A stretch of 64,000 nucleotides of DNA from Candidatus Melainabacteria bacterium (GTDB lineage Bacteria > Cyanobacteriota > Vampirovibrionia > LMEP-6097). Below are positions 40,479 to 50,522 of the stretch, in pieces; position 1 is the first letter of the stretch, and each line of letters starts with the position of its first letter. The DNA is taken from contig DUDT01000013.1 in the NCBI GenBank assembly GCA_005110385.1, positions 22,136 to 86,135 of the forward strand, written 5' to 3'. Below the pieces are notes generated by a model, which saw nothing but the letters and a program-made list of their open reading frames with translations, made no database searches and was not told where the DNA came from. The position numbers were made by a program, and so were the translations under genes.

Positions 40479-42368
40479 ATGCTCAACAGAATATCTCATA
40501 TCAGCTTATTTTTATTACCCTTAGTCATACTACTCTCAAATAGCTGCTCACGAATTAATAAAGCTCCTGTAGATAGCTTAAATATTGGCAGTTTTGGTAA
40601 TGACCAAAAATTGGTCGCAGCTTTATCTAAAAGTTTTCAAATCCAAAATAAAACAAAGATCAATTTATTAGCAATTCATCCTAAACAGGCAGAAGAATTT
40701 CTTAAAAAAAACAAAGTTGACTTGTATATTGGCACTATAGATAAATACTCTTCAGACATTTTTGAACAACAATTAATTGCGAAGTCAGTCCTTGCACCTG
40801 TAGTTAACAATCAAAACATTATTGAAACTATTTCAAAAGAAAATCTAAAACAAATATTTCAAAAACAGCTAACTAACTGGCAAACTTTAAATGGTTCTGA
40901 GAAAAAAATTCTCTCCATCCGCAATGATGATTTCTATACCAAGTCTTCTTTAATGAATGAATTTAAAGTCTCACAGATTAAAGCTTATTCCAATGCAGCT
41001 AAAGATCTTGATATTTTAAAATCAATCGAAAAACATCCAAATGCACTGGGCATAATAGATTTTCAAAATTCTAATAATAAAACTAAGATCATCAAAATTG
41101 ATAATATCGATTTTAATCAAGAAAACTTCAATATAGGTTACATCTCTTTAAAAAGAAATATTTATGTATACAACGTCAAAGACAGTCAAAATCACTGGAA
41201 TCAAAGCATAAAAAGTTTCAAAGATTTTTCAGTGAGTAAAACTGCCCAAAATCTAATCTCTCGCTTAAAGCTAGCTCCACTAAGTGCAGCCGAATTGCAA
41301 CTTATAAAAAAAGAAATTCAATCTATTAAGATAGGAGTTGGTTTACCCTTGAGCAGTGTTAGTAACGAACTATACTTATCACACCTAAATTCCATTCAGT
41401 CTGTAGCCAATAAATTTAACAGAAATCGTGGTAAAAATGATCCCAAGATCGAATTAATAGTCTGTGACGATAAGGGAGAAATTTCCTCGGGCATAGAATG
41501 TGCCAAACTTTTTGTCAAAGAAGAAGTTAAAGCCGTTATCGGCCACATCAATTCAGAACTCAGTATAGAAAACTCTAAAATCTATCTTAAGAACAACATT
41601 ATTCAAATATCCCCCTGCACAACACATCCATGGTTTACAAAACGAGCAGAAAATAATGGAACTCTTTTCAGAATTATGTCAATTGATAAACTTCAAGCTG
41701 AAGTCATCGCAGAGGCAGTTTCTAAATTAAGTCACACTAAAAATTCCATAAAAATACTCTTACTCGACAATGGCAGACTATTTAGTAGCAATTTGGTATC
41801 CCAAATCAAAGCAAATATACTAGAGCTTAGTCAAGACAAAAAAATTAAAATCGAACAGCAGTCACTCGAAGAAGCTAAAGCAGATGATTTCAAATTTCCA
41901 GTAAATAAAAAATATGATTTCTTGATTTTTGTTGGTGGCTATAGGCAGGCAGCCAAAATAATTGATGAACTTAATAGAACTAAACAGGACCAAATCATTT
42001 TCATTGGCTCAGATGGCAGTAATTCAAAATTAGTAACAAAAAAGAAATCCATCTTCGATACTTATCTAATCGGAGCTAATGTAGATCTAAATTCTCCAGA
42101 GTTTAAAAATTACCAAAAGAAATTTAAGCAAGATCAATCGGAAATTTTCACCAACGAAATCTATGGCTATGACGCAGCCACTGTCTTATTTAAGGCACTA
42201 GAAGCCTGCGAGGAAGGATTATTTAAGAATATTCCAGAAGCTCTACATTCCATGGAGTTTCATAGCCTAGGGCGTAAAATACGCTTCGATAAATATGGTG
42301 ATCCCATTGACTCTACCTATGCAGTTTATCGAGTACGAAATGGGGAATTTAAGAAACTCAATATTTAG
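40479..42368 (+). CDS. Lipoprotein fusing a PstS-like domain to a LivJ-like substrate-binding domain
   Basis: Lipobox SNSC; LKQIF..TNWQTLNG; then VCDDKG, VIGHINS, QISP, LFR, YGYDA, FDKYGD. Confidence 0.75.
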   Translation: MLNRISHISLFLLPLVILLSNSCSRINKAPVDSLNIGSFGNDQKLVAALSKSFQIQNKTKINLLAIHPKQAEEFLKKNKVDLYIGTIDKYSSDIFEQQLIAKSVLAPVVNNQNIIETISKENLKQIFQKQLTNWQTLNGSEKKILSIRNDDFYTKSSLMNEFKVSQIKAYSNAAKDLDILKSIEKHPNALGIIDFQNSNNKTKIIKIDNIDFNQENFNIGYISLKRNIYVYNVKDSQNHWNQSIKSFKDFSVSKTAQNLISRLKLAPLSAAELQLIKKEIQSIKIGVGLPLSSVSNELYLSHLNSIQSVANKFNRNRGKNDPKIELIVCDDKGEISSGIECAKLFVKEEVKAVIGHINSELSIENSKIYLKNNIIQISPCTTHPWFTKRAENNGTLFRIMSIDKLQAEVIAEAVSKLSHTKNSIKILLLDNGRLFSSNLVSQIKANILELSQDKKIKIEQQSLEEAKADDFKFPVNKKYDFLIFVGGYRQAAKIIDELNRTKQDQIIFIGSDGSNSKLVTKKKSIFDTYLIGANVDLNSPEFKNYQKKFKQDQSEIFTNEIYGYDAATVLFKALEACEEGLFKNIPEALHSMEFHSLGRKIRFDKYGDPIDSTYAVYRVRNGEFKKLNI

Positions 42369-42421
42369 TGAATCGCCTGAAAGTAATTTTTTGACTATAT
42401 GCAAATGATAAAATTAGTTTT

Positions 42422-42793
42422 ATGAATCATAAAGCTAAAAACGTGCTTGGTGGAGAATTAAAACCATGCTGTTACGAACCAATGACGGGTTACTTCAGAG
42501 ACGGGTTTTGCCATACCGATAATAGTGATTATGGTAATCATACTGTCTGCGTTATCGTTAGTGATGAATTTTTAACTTACAGTAAAGCTATGGGTAATGA
42601 CCTCAGTACGCCTTTTCCTGAATATAATTTCCCTGGACTGAAACAAGGTGATAAATGGTGCCTATGCGCGGCTCGCTGGCAACAGGCTTTTTTAGACGGC
42701 TTCGCTCCAGATGTGGTTCTTGAAGCTACCCACGAGAATTGTTTAGAAAACATAATGCTCGAAGATCTAAAATCCCACAGCTATGTCTCATGA
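42422..42793 (+). CDS. DUF2237 family protein
   Basis: NVLGGEL..PMTGYFRDGFC..GNDLSTP..GDKWCLCAARW. Confidence 0.92.
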   Translation: MNHKAKNVLGGELKPCCYEPMTGYFRDGFCHTDNSDYGNHTVCVIVSDEFLTYSKAMGNDLSTPFPEYNFPGLKQGDKWCLCAARWQQAFLDGFAPDVVLEATHENCLENIMLEDLKSHSYVS

Positions 42794-44136
42794 AGATATT
42801 ACACACCTCTGATTGGCATATCGGACGCACACTTTATGACAGAAAAAGATATGACGAGTTTGAAAATTTTTTCATTTGGTTATTAAACACTCTTGATTCT
42901 GAGAATATAGACGTCTTATTAATCGCTGGTGATATTTTTGATACGGGAACTCCTAGTAATAAAGCACAGGAATTATATTATAAATTTCTTTGTAATGTCA
43001 ACAAAACGAAGTGCCAGCACATAGTCATCATAGGTGGAAACCATGACTCAGCTTCATTTTTAAATGCTCCACAAAGCATCTTGAAATCCCTAGATGTACA
43101 CGTAGTGGGAGCTATCTCAGATAACCTAGAAGACGAGATTATTATTTTAGATATTTTAAAAACGCCAAATACAGATCTAGAGAGAATTACAAATAATATA
43201 CCAAGTTCAGAAATTTCAAAATTAATAATATGTGCTGTTCCCTATCTTAGAGATAAGGATATTAGAACAGTAAGTGCGGGCGAGAGTCTAGAAGATAAAG
43301 CCCAGAACTTAATTCAAGGTATTAAAAAACATTACTCTGCGGTAGCTGAACTAGCTTTAAAAAAACGAAACGAAATTTATAAAGAGTGTATGGGTAAAAA
43401 ACCAGCATATATTCCAATAATTGGCACAGGCCACCTTTTTGCAGCTGGCGGTATCGCTGGAGATGGAGTTAGAGATCTTTACGTAGGTTCTCTTGCTTAT
43501 GTAAATATCGAAGCCTTCCCGAAATGCTTTGACTATGTAGCACTAGGTCACTTACACATAGCTCAATCGCTAGGAGGCACTGAACATATACGCTACAGCG
43601 GCTCCCCTATTCCCATGGGTTTTGGAGAGGCTAAACAGATAAAAAAGCTGATAACGATAGATTTTCCAGAAAATAAACCTGAGAATCACATTCACCAAGA
43701 GCCATGCCTAGCTGGCTCTCCAGTAAAACCTTCTATTAATGAAGTGAGTATTCCGAATTTTCAAATGCTAGAAAGAATTAGTGGTAATTTAGATCATATA
43801 ACTCAAAAAATAAAAGAGCTAAAGACAAATCATAGTAATGCTTGGCTTGAAATAGAATACACGGGTTTAGAAATAATTCCAGATCTAAAAATTAGACTAG
43901 ATGAAGCTATCCTAGAATCAAATTTAGAAGTTAGAAGAATAAAAAATAAAAGAATTAGTGAAAACATTATAAAGCCTTACTTTAGTCAAGAGAATCTCAA
44001 AGATCTAAATCCAAATGAAGTTTTCGACAAATGTCTTGAAATAAACAAAGTAGAGGAAGCTGATAGGATCTTACTTAAAGCTAGCTATCAAGAAATTTTA
44101 AACTCAATCCTAGAGGAAGATTTACGGGCATCTTAA
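42790..44136 (+). CDS. sbcD: Exonuclease SbcCD subunit D
   Basis: MKILHTSDWHIG, AGDIFD, GNHDS, ALGHLH, YSGSP; ATGA overlap with the upstream gene. Confidence 0.95.
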   Translation: MKILHTSDWHIGRTLYDRKRYDEFENFFIWLLNTLDSENIDVLLIAGDIFDTGTPSNKAQELYYKFLCNVNKTKCQHIVIIGGNHDSASFLNAPQSILKSLDVHVVGAISDNLEDEIIILDILKTPNTDLERITNNIPSSEISKLIICAVPYLRDKDIRTVSAGESLEDKAQNLIQGIKKHYSAVAELALKKRNEIYKECMGKKPAYIPIIGTGHLFAAGGIAGDGVRDLYVGSLAYVNIEAFPKCFDYVALGHLHIAQSLGGTEHIRYSGSPIPMGFGEAKQIKKLITIDFPENKPENHIHQEPCLAGSPVKPSINEVSIPNFQMLERISGNLDHITQKIKELKTNHSNAWLEIEYTGLEIIPDLKIRLDEAILESNLEVRRIKNKRISENIIKPYFSQENLKDLNPNEVFDKCLEINKVEEADRILLKASYQEILNSILEEDLRAS

Positions 44137-44139
44137 TTC

Positions 44140-47100
44140 ATGAAAATATTAGAATTACGATTTAAAAATCTTAATTCATTAGTCGGTGAATGGCTAATAG
44201 ATTTTAATGCCCCAGAATATATTAGTGATGGGATATTTGCTATCACTGGTGCTACGGGAGTTGGTAAAACTACCATTCTAGACGCTATCTGCCTTGCGTT
44301 ATATGGGGAGACACCAAGATTAGGAAAAATCACCAAATCCTCAAATGAAATAATATCGAGACAAACCGCTGAATGCTTTGCTGAGATTTGCTTTGAGACC
44401 AAAGAAGGTCAATTTCGCTGTATCTGGAGTCAGCACCGATCTCGTAAAAAAGCTGATGGTGACTTGCAAGCACCTAAACATGAAATATCTAATGCTACTA
44501 CTGGTCAAATCCTAGAATCTAAAATCAAAGACGTAGACAGTATCATAAGAACCAAAATAGGCATGGACTTTAAACAGTTCACGCGCTCCATTTTACTAGC
44601 TCAAGGTGGCTTTGCAGCTTTCCTTCACGCTAAAACAAATGAGCGCGCCTCTATCCTAGAGCAGATTACAGGTACAGAAATTTACACGAATATCTCAATG
44701 CGCATTCATGAAAGGCGTAGCAGTGAACTAAGAAAACTAGAACTCTTGAAAAGTGAACTATCTAGTATAGAACTTCTAAGTGAAGAAGCCTTTATTGAAA
44801 AGGAACTAGCATTAAATAAAAGCGAAGAAACAGAAAAAACTTTAAATAAAGAGATTGATGTTTTAGAAGAATTTATTGATAGATTTAAAAAAATAGCGAC
44901 CCTAAAAGAATCCTTAACCCAGTCAGAGAAAAGGCTTAGCGAGCATAACGCTGCATTAGAAAAAAATCAAGCAGAGGAACTTAGAAATATTACAGAAAGA
45001 ATATTCTCAAGAAAAAAAGAATTAGAAGCTAATAAGGAGAAGCTTTTCAAGCTTAATATTAGTCTAATAAATGCAGTAGAATATTTAGAAAAAAATAAGC
45101 AAGATGAAATATTAATCTCTGAGTTAAGTGCTATCAAAGACTCTTTCTTGCATTATCAAGAACTATCCAAGACCAAAGAAGAAAAAAATAAATATCTTGT
45201 AAAACTAGATCACGAACTAAGTAGTCATAGAACGCTTTACACGCAAGCATCTCAATCCAGGGATGAGAAAAATAAATTAAAAGATAAGCTAGTAGAAGCT
45301 TTACCTAAAATCAAAGAAAATCAATTTAGACTACTAAATATTAAAAAGTCACTATTGGAGACGCAAATCAAGAATGAAAAAAACAACTTAGAATCTCTCA
45401 CAGAAAAGCTTAAAATAGCTGAAGAACAAAAAAATATTTTAAATGATCTAATAGAGAATTTAGAATTAGAAAGGATATTATTAAATAAAATTTCTGACTT
45501 AGAAGCAGAGCGACAAAAACTAGAAGAAGCAAAACCTTGTCCTCTCTGTGGTTCCACTAATCACCCCTATGCAAAAGGCGACTTACCCCTTTTAAATAAA
45601 GAGTTCGAGCAAAAATTCACAGAAGCTAAAAATAAATTTCAAAATGCAGGGCTAAATATCATAAGCCTAGAGAAGGAGAAAATAAGTCTAGAAAAGGATT
45701 TAGAATACTCCTCAAAAGAATTAAACTCATGTCTTTTACTAATACAAACAGAAAAAGATAAATTCGAATATCAAAGCAAAGATTTCATTAGCTACACTAG
45801 TGATAACATAAACCCTGAAAACAGCTCTATATCTAGTTTAGACAAAACCTCTAAAGATTTAGAAAATTTAAAAATAGAAGAAGAAAATTTATTAAATACT
45901 AAGAATAAATTAATTAGCGAGATAGAAATAGAGAATAATAAACTTAATAAACTTAAAGACGAAGGCCTGAAAATGAGTAGTGAACTTAAGCTTGGTCAAG
46001 AAAGGGTTTCAGAAATAGAAAAACAAATCCTCTCAATGAAAGGATTGTTAGCACTAAGACTCGAACCATTTAAATTAAGTTTATTCAACACTTCCAAAGA
46101 GACTGAGGATAAGGAAAACGTAGAAATTGAAGCTTGCGAGCAGCCTCTAGAGGAGACTGATATAGAACAAATATTACACAAGCTAGAAGATAAATTAAAT
46201 AATTACAATCAAGAGTTACGAATCAAGAATGAATCAGAGTCTCTGATTATCAAAATAAATGACGAGAATGAAAATATTCATACGAAGATTAAAACTATTT
46301 ATGAAGAACACCTTGAACTTAAAACTTCTATCGAAGAAAAACTAAAAAACTTAGAAAGCAAGCAAGCTTCTACAGAATTTTTAATGCAAAAAAACTTAGA
46401 GGAATTAGAACAGGAATACAAACAAATAATCCGTACAAAACAAAACTTAGAAAAAGACAAATACAGCACAGAAGTAAACATCAATACTCTAAATCAAGAT
46501 TTACAAAAATTACTTCAAACTGTGCAGCAGCCTCTAGAAGAAGGGACTACAGTAAATGAAAATCAATTTAATGAATTAATCTCTGAGAAGAATTTATTAA
46601 CAGAGCAAAAAAGAAATCTCCTCGAAGAAATCGGTAGCTTAAAAAGAGAATTAAAACATAATCTAGAAGCCAAAGATAAATATCTTGAAAAAACTAATTC
46701 TATAGAAGCTCAGCAAAAAGAATATGCACGCTTTGATAAATTACATAGCTTAATCGGTCACTCTGAAGGAAAGAAATATAGAGAATTTGTACAAGCACTT
46801 AGCTTTGAGATGGTTATACATCATGCTAATAAACAATTAGAGAGTATGTTTGATCGTTATTTATTAATCATGGACAAGGATATGCCCTTAGAGCTTAATG
46901 TCATAGATAACTATCAAGCTGGCGAGATACGCAGTACTAAAAATCTTTCAGGCGGTGAAAGCTTTATCATAAGCCTTGCTCTTGCCCTAGGCTTATCTAA
47001 AATAGTGAGTTCCAAGGTAAATGTAGACTCACTCTTTTTAGATGAAGGCTTCGGCACTCTAGATTCAGAAGCTCTAGAAATAGCTTTAGAAACTCTATCC

Positions 47101-47250
47101 AATTTAAAACAAACTGGCAAGCTTATCGGCATCATCTCCCACATGGAAGCTCTCAAGGAAAGGATTCCTACTCAAATTAAGGTGGAGAGTGTATCTGGAG
47201 GTAGAAGTGTGCTTAGTGGTGCTGGGGTGAAAAATATTAGGGGTATGTAG
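44140..47250 (+). CDS. sbcC: Exonuclease SbcCD subunit C
   Basis: GATGVGKT, CPLCGS zinc hook, LSGGE, FLDEGFG. Confidence 0.96.
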   Translation: MKILELRFKNLNSLVGEWLIDFNAPEYISDGIFAITGATGVGKTTILDAICLALYGETPRLGKITKSSNEIISRQTAECFAEICFETKEGQFRCIWSQHRSRKKADGDLQAPKHEISNATTGQILESKIKDVDSIIRTKIGMDFKQFTRSILLAQGGFAAFLHAKTNERASILEQITGTEIYTNISMRIHERRSSELRKLELLKSELSSIELLSEEAFIEKELALNKSEETEKTLNKEIDVLEEFIDRFKKIATLKESLTQSEKRLSEHNAALEKNQAEELRNITERIFSRKKELEANKEKLFKLNISLINAVEYLEKNKQDEILISELSAIKDSFLHYQELSKTKEEKNKYLVKLDHELSSHRTLYTQASQSRDEKNKLKDKLVEALPKIKENQFRLLNIKKSLLETQIKNEKNNLESLTEKLKIAEEQKNILNDLIENLELERILLNKISDLEAERQKLEEAKPCPLCGSTNHPYAKGDLPLLNKEFEQKFTEAKNKFQNAGLNIISLEKEKISLEKDLEYSSKELNSCLLLIQTEKDKFEYQSKDFISYTSDNINPENSSISSLDKTSKDLENLKIEEENLLNTKNKLISEIEIENNKLNKLKDEGLKMSSELKLGQERVSEIEKQILSMKGLLALRLEPFKLSLFNTSKETEDKENVEIEACEQPLEETDIEQILHKLEDKLNNYNQELRIKNESESLIIKINDENENIHTKIKTIYEEHLELKTSIEEKLKNLESKQASTEFLMQKNLEELEQEYKQIIRTKQNLEKDKYSTEVNINTLNQDLQKLLQTVQQPLEEGTTVNENQFNELISEKNLLTEQKRNLLEEIGSLKRELKHNLEAKDKYLEKTNSIEAQQKEYARFDKLHSLIGHSEGKKYREFVQALSFEMVIHHANKQLESMFDRYLLIMDKDMPLELNVIDNYQAGEIRSTKNLSGGESFIISLALALGLSKIVSSKVNVDSLFLDEGFGTLDSEALEIALETLSNLKQTGKLIGIISHMEALKERIPTQIKVESVSGGRSVLSGAGVKNIRGM

Positions 47251-47263
47251 AGGCTACACACCC
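47241..47263. repeat. Stem-only hairpin resembling the element's terminal repeat; contains the sbcC stop codon
   Basis: GGGTATGTAG-AGG-CTACACACCC versus GGGCGTGTAGC..GCTACACGCCC. Confidence 0.45.
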
Positions 47264-47265
47264 TC

Positions 47266-47655
47266 TTATCCTCGACTAACATAAAACCATTTAGCATCTA
47301 TCTTTTTAAAATAACTCCTTTCCTGCATAAAACTCTTTCTCTTAGCCTTTTTGAAAAAAGCCTTGAATTCGACAAAGCCATCATCGTCAGACTCTAAACC
47401 TCGTTCTTTATCTATAATTTCTAGAGATAGCCATTCTAAATCTTTTTCAAAATTTAAAAACTTGGGTCTAAAATCTTCGTGCCAAGTTTTTAGAAGATAG
47501 TCTCTGAACTTAAAGACATAAGCCGAATAGCGCGAACGCATTAAAGCTTCTGCAGTAGGAGCTTTTAAGAGGCCATCGTGTAAAAACTTACAGCAAAAAA
47601 CATATCTCTTACTAGAACCGCAGGGACAAGTGTTTTCAGCACAGTCTTCGCTCAT
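47266..47655 (-). CDS. ychJ: YchJ family (SEC-C / UPF0225) protein
   Basis: CPCGS..CC..TAEALMRSRYSAY..ERSYF..WFY. Confidence 0.92.
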   Translation of the reverse strand: MSEDCAENTCPCGSSKRYVFCCKFLHDGLLKAPTAEALMRSRYSAYVFKFRDYLLKTWHEDFRPKFLNFEKDLEWLSLEIIDKERGLESDDDGFVEFKAFFKKAKRKSFMQERSYFKKIDAKWFYVSRG

Positions 47656-47690
47656 ATCAAGAATAATACCAGAAAAATTATCCTTCTAAT

Positions 47691-47815
47691 TTGGGCGTGT
47701 AGCCAAGCGAACAAGTTCAAGGCTGAGGAGGGTGAATGACCGCAGTGCACTAGGTGTGCATGAGGATCATGAGGACGACGAAAACGCAGAAATTGGAGTT
47801 TCGCTACACGCCCAA
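47691..47815 (+). mobile_element. Full-length palindromic element; supplies the last codons and stop of the 47804 gene
   Basis: Perfect 13-bp TIR TTGGGCGTGTAGC / GCTACACGCCCAA; core highly similar to the gltX insertion. Confidence 0.88.
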
Positions 47816-49165
47816 TTTTACTGGCTTAAGCGTAACTAAATACTCAGCTAAAGCCTCAACTTCTTTATCAGTTCCGACTAAAGGTGGCATGATATTTAGA
47901 TAGCTATTCTTTTCTGGATCAGTCTCACGCATCATTAACAAGAAAGTTTTAATACCCTCTAAATCACGTTCGCCCAGTAGCTTTTTCATACTGCGGTAGC
48001 CATCGGTAGTATGGCAAATCATACACTGCTGCCTAAACATAGAAACACCTATATTATCTGGATCTTCCCACTTACTAAAAGCGGCAAAGCTATCTTTGTT
48101 TATGGTCTCTAAATCAGCCTTTCTGATGCCATTAGAATACATATAGTTATAAATAACATAAGGCTTTCTAAGCATCTCCCTTGACCATTCAGACACAGAA
48201 GTCACTCCTAGACCGCAGACTAAAAAAGCTATAGCAGAAGCAAAAGAAAAACTTCTAGGGTTTAAATAAGGACCCACTAAGGCGAAAACCAGTACAGTAC
48301 CTGAAAGTATAAGGCTTAGATAAATAGATCTAGCTAAAATAGAAAAATTACCTACTCCAGAACTCTGAATCCCCGTAAATATATTAGTTATTACCGCTTG
48401 AGGGACTTGTGAGAAAAACCAAAAACCAACAATCGGTCCAATTAAAAATACTGGGATAAACCATTTAGAAGAATACTTCAGCATATAGGCTCTGAAATTA
48501 GCGATATCTTCACTCTCAGAAGCTTTCAATTGTGCAGAGGTAATCAAAGAATACATACCAGCAATGGCTAGCATCACTAGCAGTCTGAGAATTAGAGATG
48601 GCCAATATGTAGGATTAAAGAAACCTTCATACCAAGCCTTAGATTCAATCCAGCCACCTGGTGTCAGCATAAAGCTTAAAATGCCGTTAATGGTGATAAG
48701 TGTAAACACCGATAAAACTGCATACCACTGTGCAAGAACCAAATGTAACTCTTTAGAAACCTTATCCCATGTATAAAAATAAACTAAAACTGTAGCAATC
48801 TCAGCTACAAAGAATAAATACTCAGTAGCCCAGCCCAAAGAATATATCTGTATCAAAGAAGCCGTGCCATCTGGACTAACTAAACTGATAGAAAACCAAA
48901 TCCCTACTCCAGTTACACTACCAGCAACAGTCGTAACCATCATAAAAAATTTAGAATGCTTTCTTAAATAGGCATAGAGCATTTCTGAGTTATGTCTTAA
49001 AGTCAGATCATTAGATTCGCTTCTCTTTAATGCCAAATATTCTGTAACAGCAAAGAAAATGCCACCACCCACAGCGAAGTGTGAAATAAAGACATGGATT
49101 ACAGATATCAAGCCCACTGCCCATGAGCCACCTAAACCAGGTATAGACCAAAGTGGATAATTCAT
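47804..49165 (-). CDS. Cytochrome bd subunit I-like protein fused to cytochrome c
   Basis: HVFISHFAVGGG, TGVGIW, WATEY.FF..E, EWSREMLRKPY; C-terminal CMICH. Confidence 0.8.
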   Translation of the reverse strand: MNYPLWSIPGLGGSWAVGLISVIHVFISHFAVGGGIFFAVTEYLALKRSESNDLTLRHNSEMLYAYLRKHSKFFMMVTTVAGSVTGVGIWFSISLVSPDGTASLIQIYSLGWATEYLFFVAEIATVLVYFYTWDKVSKELHLVLAQWYAVLSVFTLITINGILSFMLTPGGWIESKAWYEGFFNPTYWPSLILRLLVMLAIAGMYSLITSAQLKASESEDIANFRAYMLKYSSKWFIPVFLIGPIVGFWFFSQVPQAVITNIFTGIQSSGVGNFSILARSIYLSLILSGTVLVFALVGPYLNPRSFSFASAIAFLVCGLGVTSVSEWSREMLRKPYVIYNYMYSNGIRKADLETINKDSFAAFSKWEDPDNIGVSMFRQQCMICHTTDGYRSMKKLLGERDLEGIKTFLLMMRETDPEKNSYLNIMPPLVGTDKEVEALAEYLVTLKPVKLGV

Positions 49166-49217
49166 GCTAAGTACCCCCCAAGGACTTTAATAAAATCCTT
49201 ACGAGTTAAATTAAGCA

Positions 49218-50393
49218 TTAATTTAAAACATCCTTATCAAAAGCCTTATGTACAACTTTTACAAGCCAGCCAAGATAAACAATCAGCAAGACTGCAAGTA
49301 CAGCAAATATAAAGAGCCAATCCCACTGAATCTTCACTGAAACTTTAGCTGGATCAATATAGTTAATAGTCTCAACAACTCTCAGATAGTGCCTCATAAA
49401 GACCATGCCAAGAATAGTAAGTAAAGCATTTACCAAGGTCACAACAAAAGCAAACTTAGAACCTTTAAGCACTGCAAAAAGAGCCATGATTAAAGATACA
49501 ATCGCAGTAAAGAAAGATAAACCAAAGCTAATAGTCGCTGGTAAATGTTTCCCCATATAAATAAGCATCACTTCTCTAGGTAAACTTAATAAAAACCAAA
49601 CACCAGAAAGGAACTGAATAAAAGTAAGCACTAAATAAATCGTCGAACCAAACTTAATTAGCCAAGTAGAATAGGATTCAGGATTATCTGATCCAGTAAC
49701 TAAAGGATCATTAAGCTCCAGAGTAGCTTCTGGAGCGTTCTTTCGAGTTTTTAAATATAGACCAAAACAGCCAATAGCAAGACCAGTAACAGCGATAGAG
49801 CCAATAATAGTATGCAACAATCTTGGTAAGACCTGAGGCTCGGCATGACTCAAAGCAAGTCCGGATGTTGATTTAGATAGCTCAAGCCATTTTTCCGGCT
49901 GCAGCATTAATGTCATATTATTAGTAAAAATATAAGCTATCACTAAAAAAAGAAAACTAGCTGCGATTAAAAGCCAAGGCGCAAACGCACCTAATTTTTT
50001 AAAATTAAATTTATAGATATACAGCAGGTAATAGGCAATTATAAGAATAAATACTATAGATATCCAATAAGAACCCATCAAAATAGAAGATGTATAGAAC
50101 AGTGGTCCATAGAGCAATTGGATAAAGAGTAAAGGTACTATACCTTGAGTAATGGCAAAAGAAGTGAATATAGGTAAAGAGAAAGCTAACTGTTTACCAA
50201 TCCTAGAATAAAAAGAATCAGCATTTTCACCACCTATAAATAAACAAATCGCTGAAACAAAGCCACCCACTAAACTAATGTTCATCGGGATCAAATGTAA
50301 AAAGAATCCCAAAATTAAAAGAACTTCAAGTACAAGAAATGGTGCGGGAAATGGAATAGGTTGATAACTAGGTATACTTACTATTTCATTCAT
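49218..50393 (-). CDS. Polytopic membrane partner (CydA'-like)
   Basis: Many TMs; LHLIPMN, GIVPLLFIQLLYG, RLLH; same strand, upstream of the CydA-like gene. Confidence 0.65.
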   Translation of the reverse strand: MNEIVSIPSYQPIPFPAPFLVLEVLLILGFFLHLIPMNISLVGGFVSAICLFIGGENADSFYSRIGKQLAFSLPIFTSFAITQGIVPLLFIQLLYGPLFYTSSILMGSYWISIVFILIIAYYLLYIYKFNFKKLGAFAPWLLIAASFLFLVIAYIFTNNMTLMLQPEKWLELSKSTSGLALSHAEPQVLPRLLHTIIGSIAVTGLAIGCFGLYLKTRKNAPEATLELNDPLVTGSDNPESYSTWLIKFGSTIYLVLTFIQFLSGVWFLLSLPREVMLIYMGKHLPATISFGLSFFTAIVSLIMALFAVLKGSKFAFVVTLVNALLTILGMVFMRHYLRVVETINYIDPAKVSVKIQWDWLFIFAVLAVLLIVYLGWLVKVVHKAFDKDVLN

Positions 50394-50522
50394 AAAGACT
50401 TCTCTCCTTTTATATTATCCAATCCCAGAGATATTTTGATACATCTTTACTAAATTTAAGAAATATAAAATCTTTGCAAATGATTAAATTCTCATTATCA
50501 GACTAGCTAAAATTGATATTGA

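Noticed and set aside
46139-46538. 13-bp direct repeat AGCAGCCTCTAGA (QPLE) twice in sbcC
   Set aside because: Too short, with no partner arm; cannot be separated from chance in a coiled-coil region.
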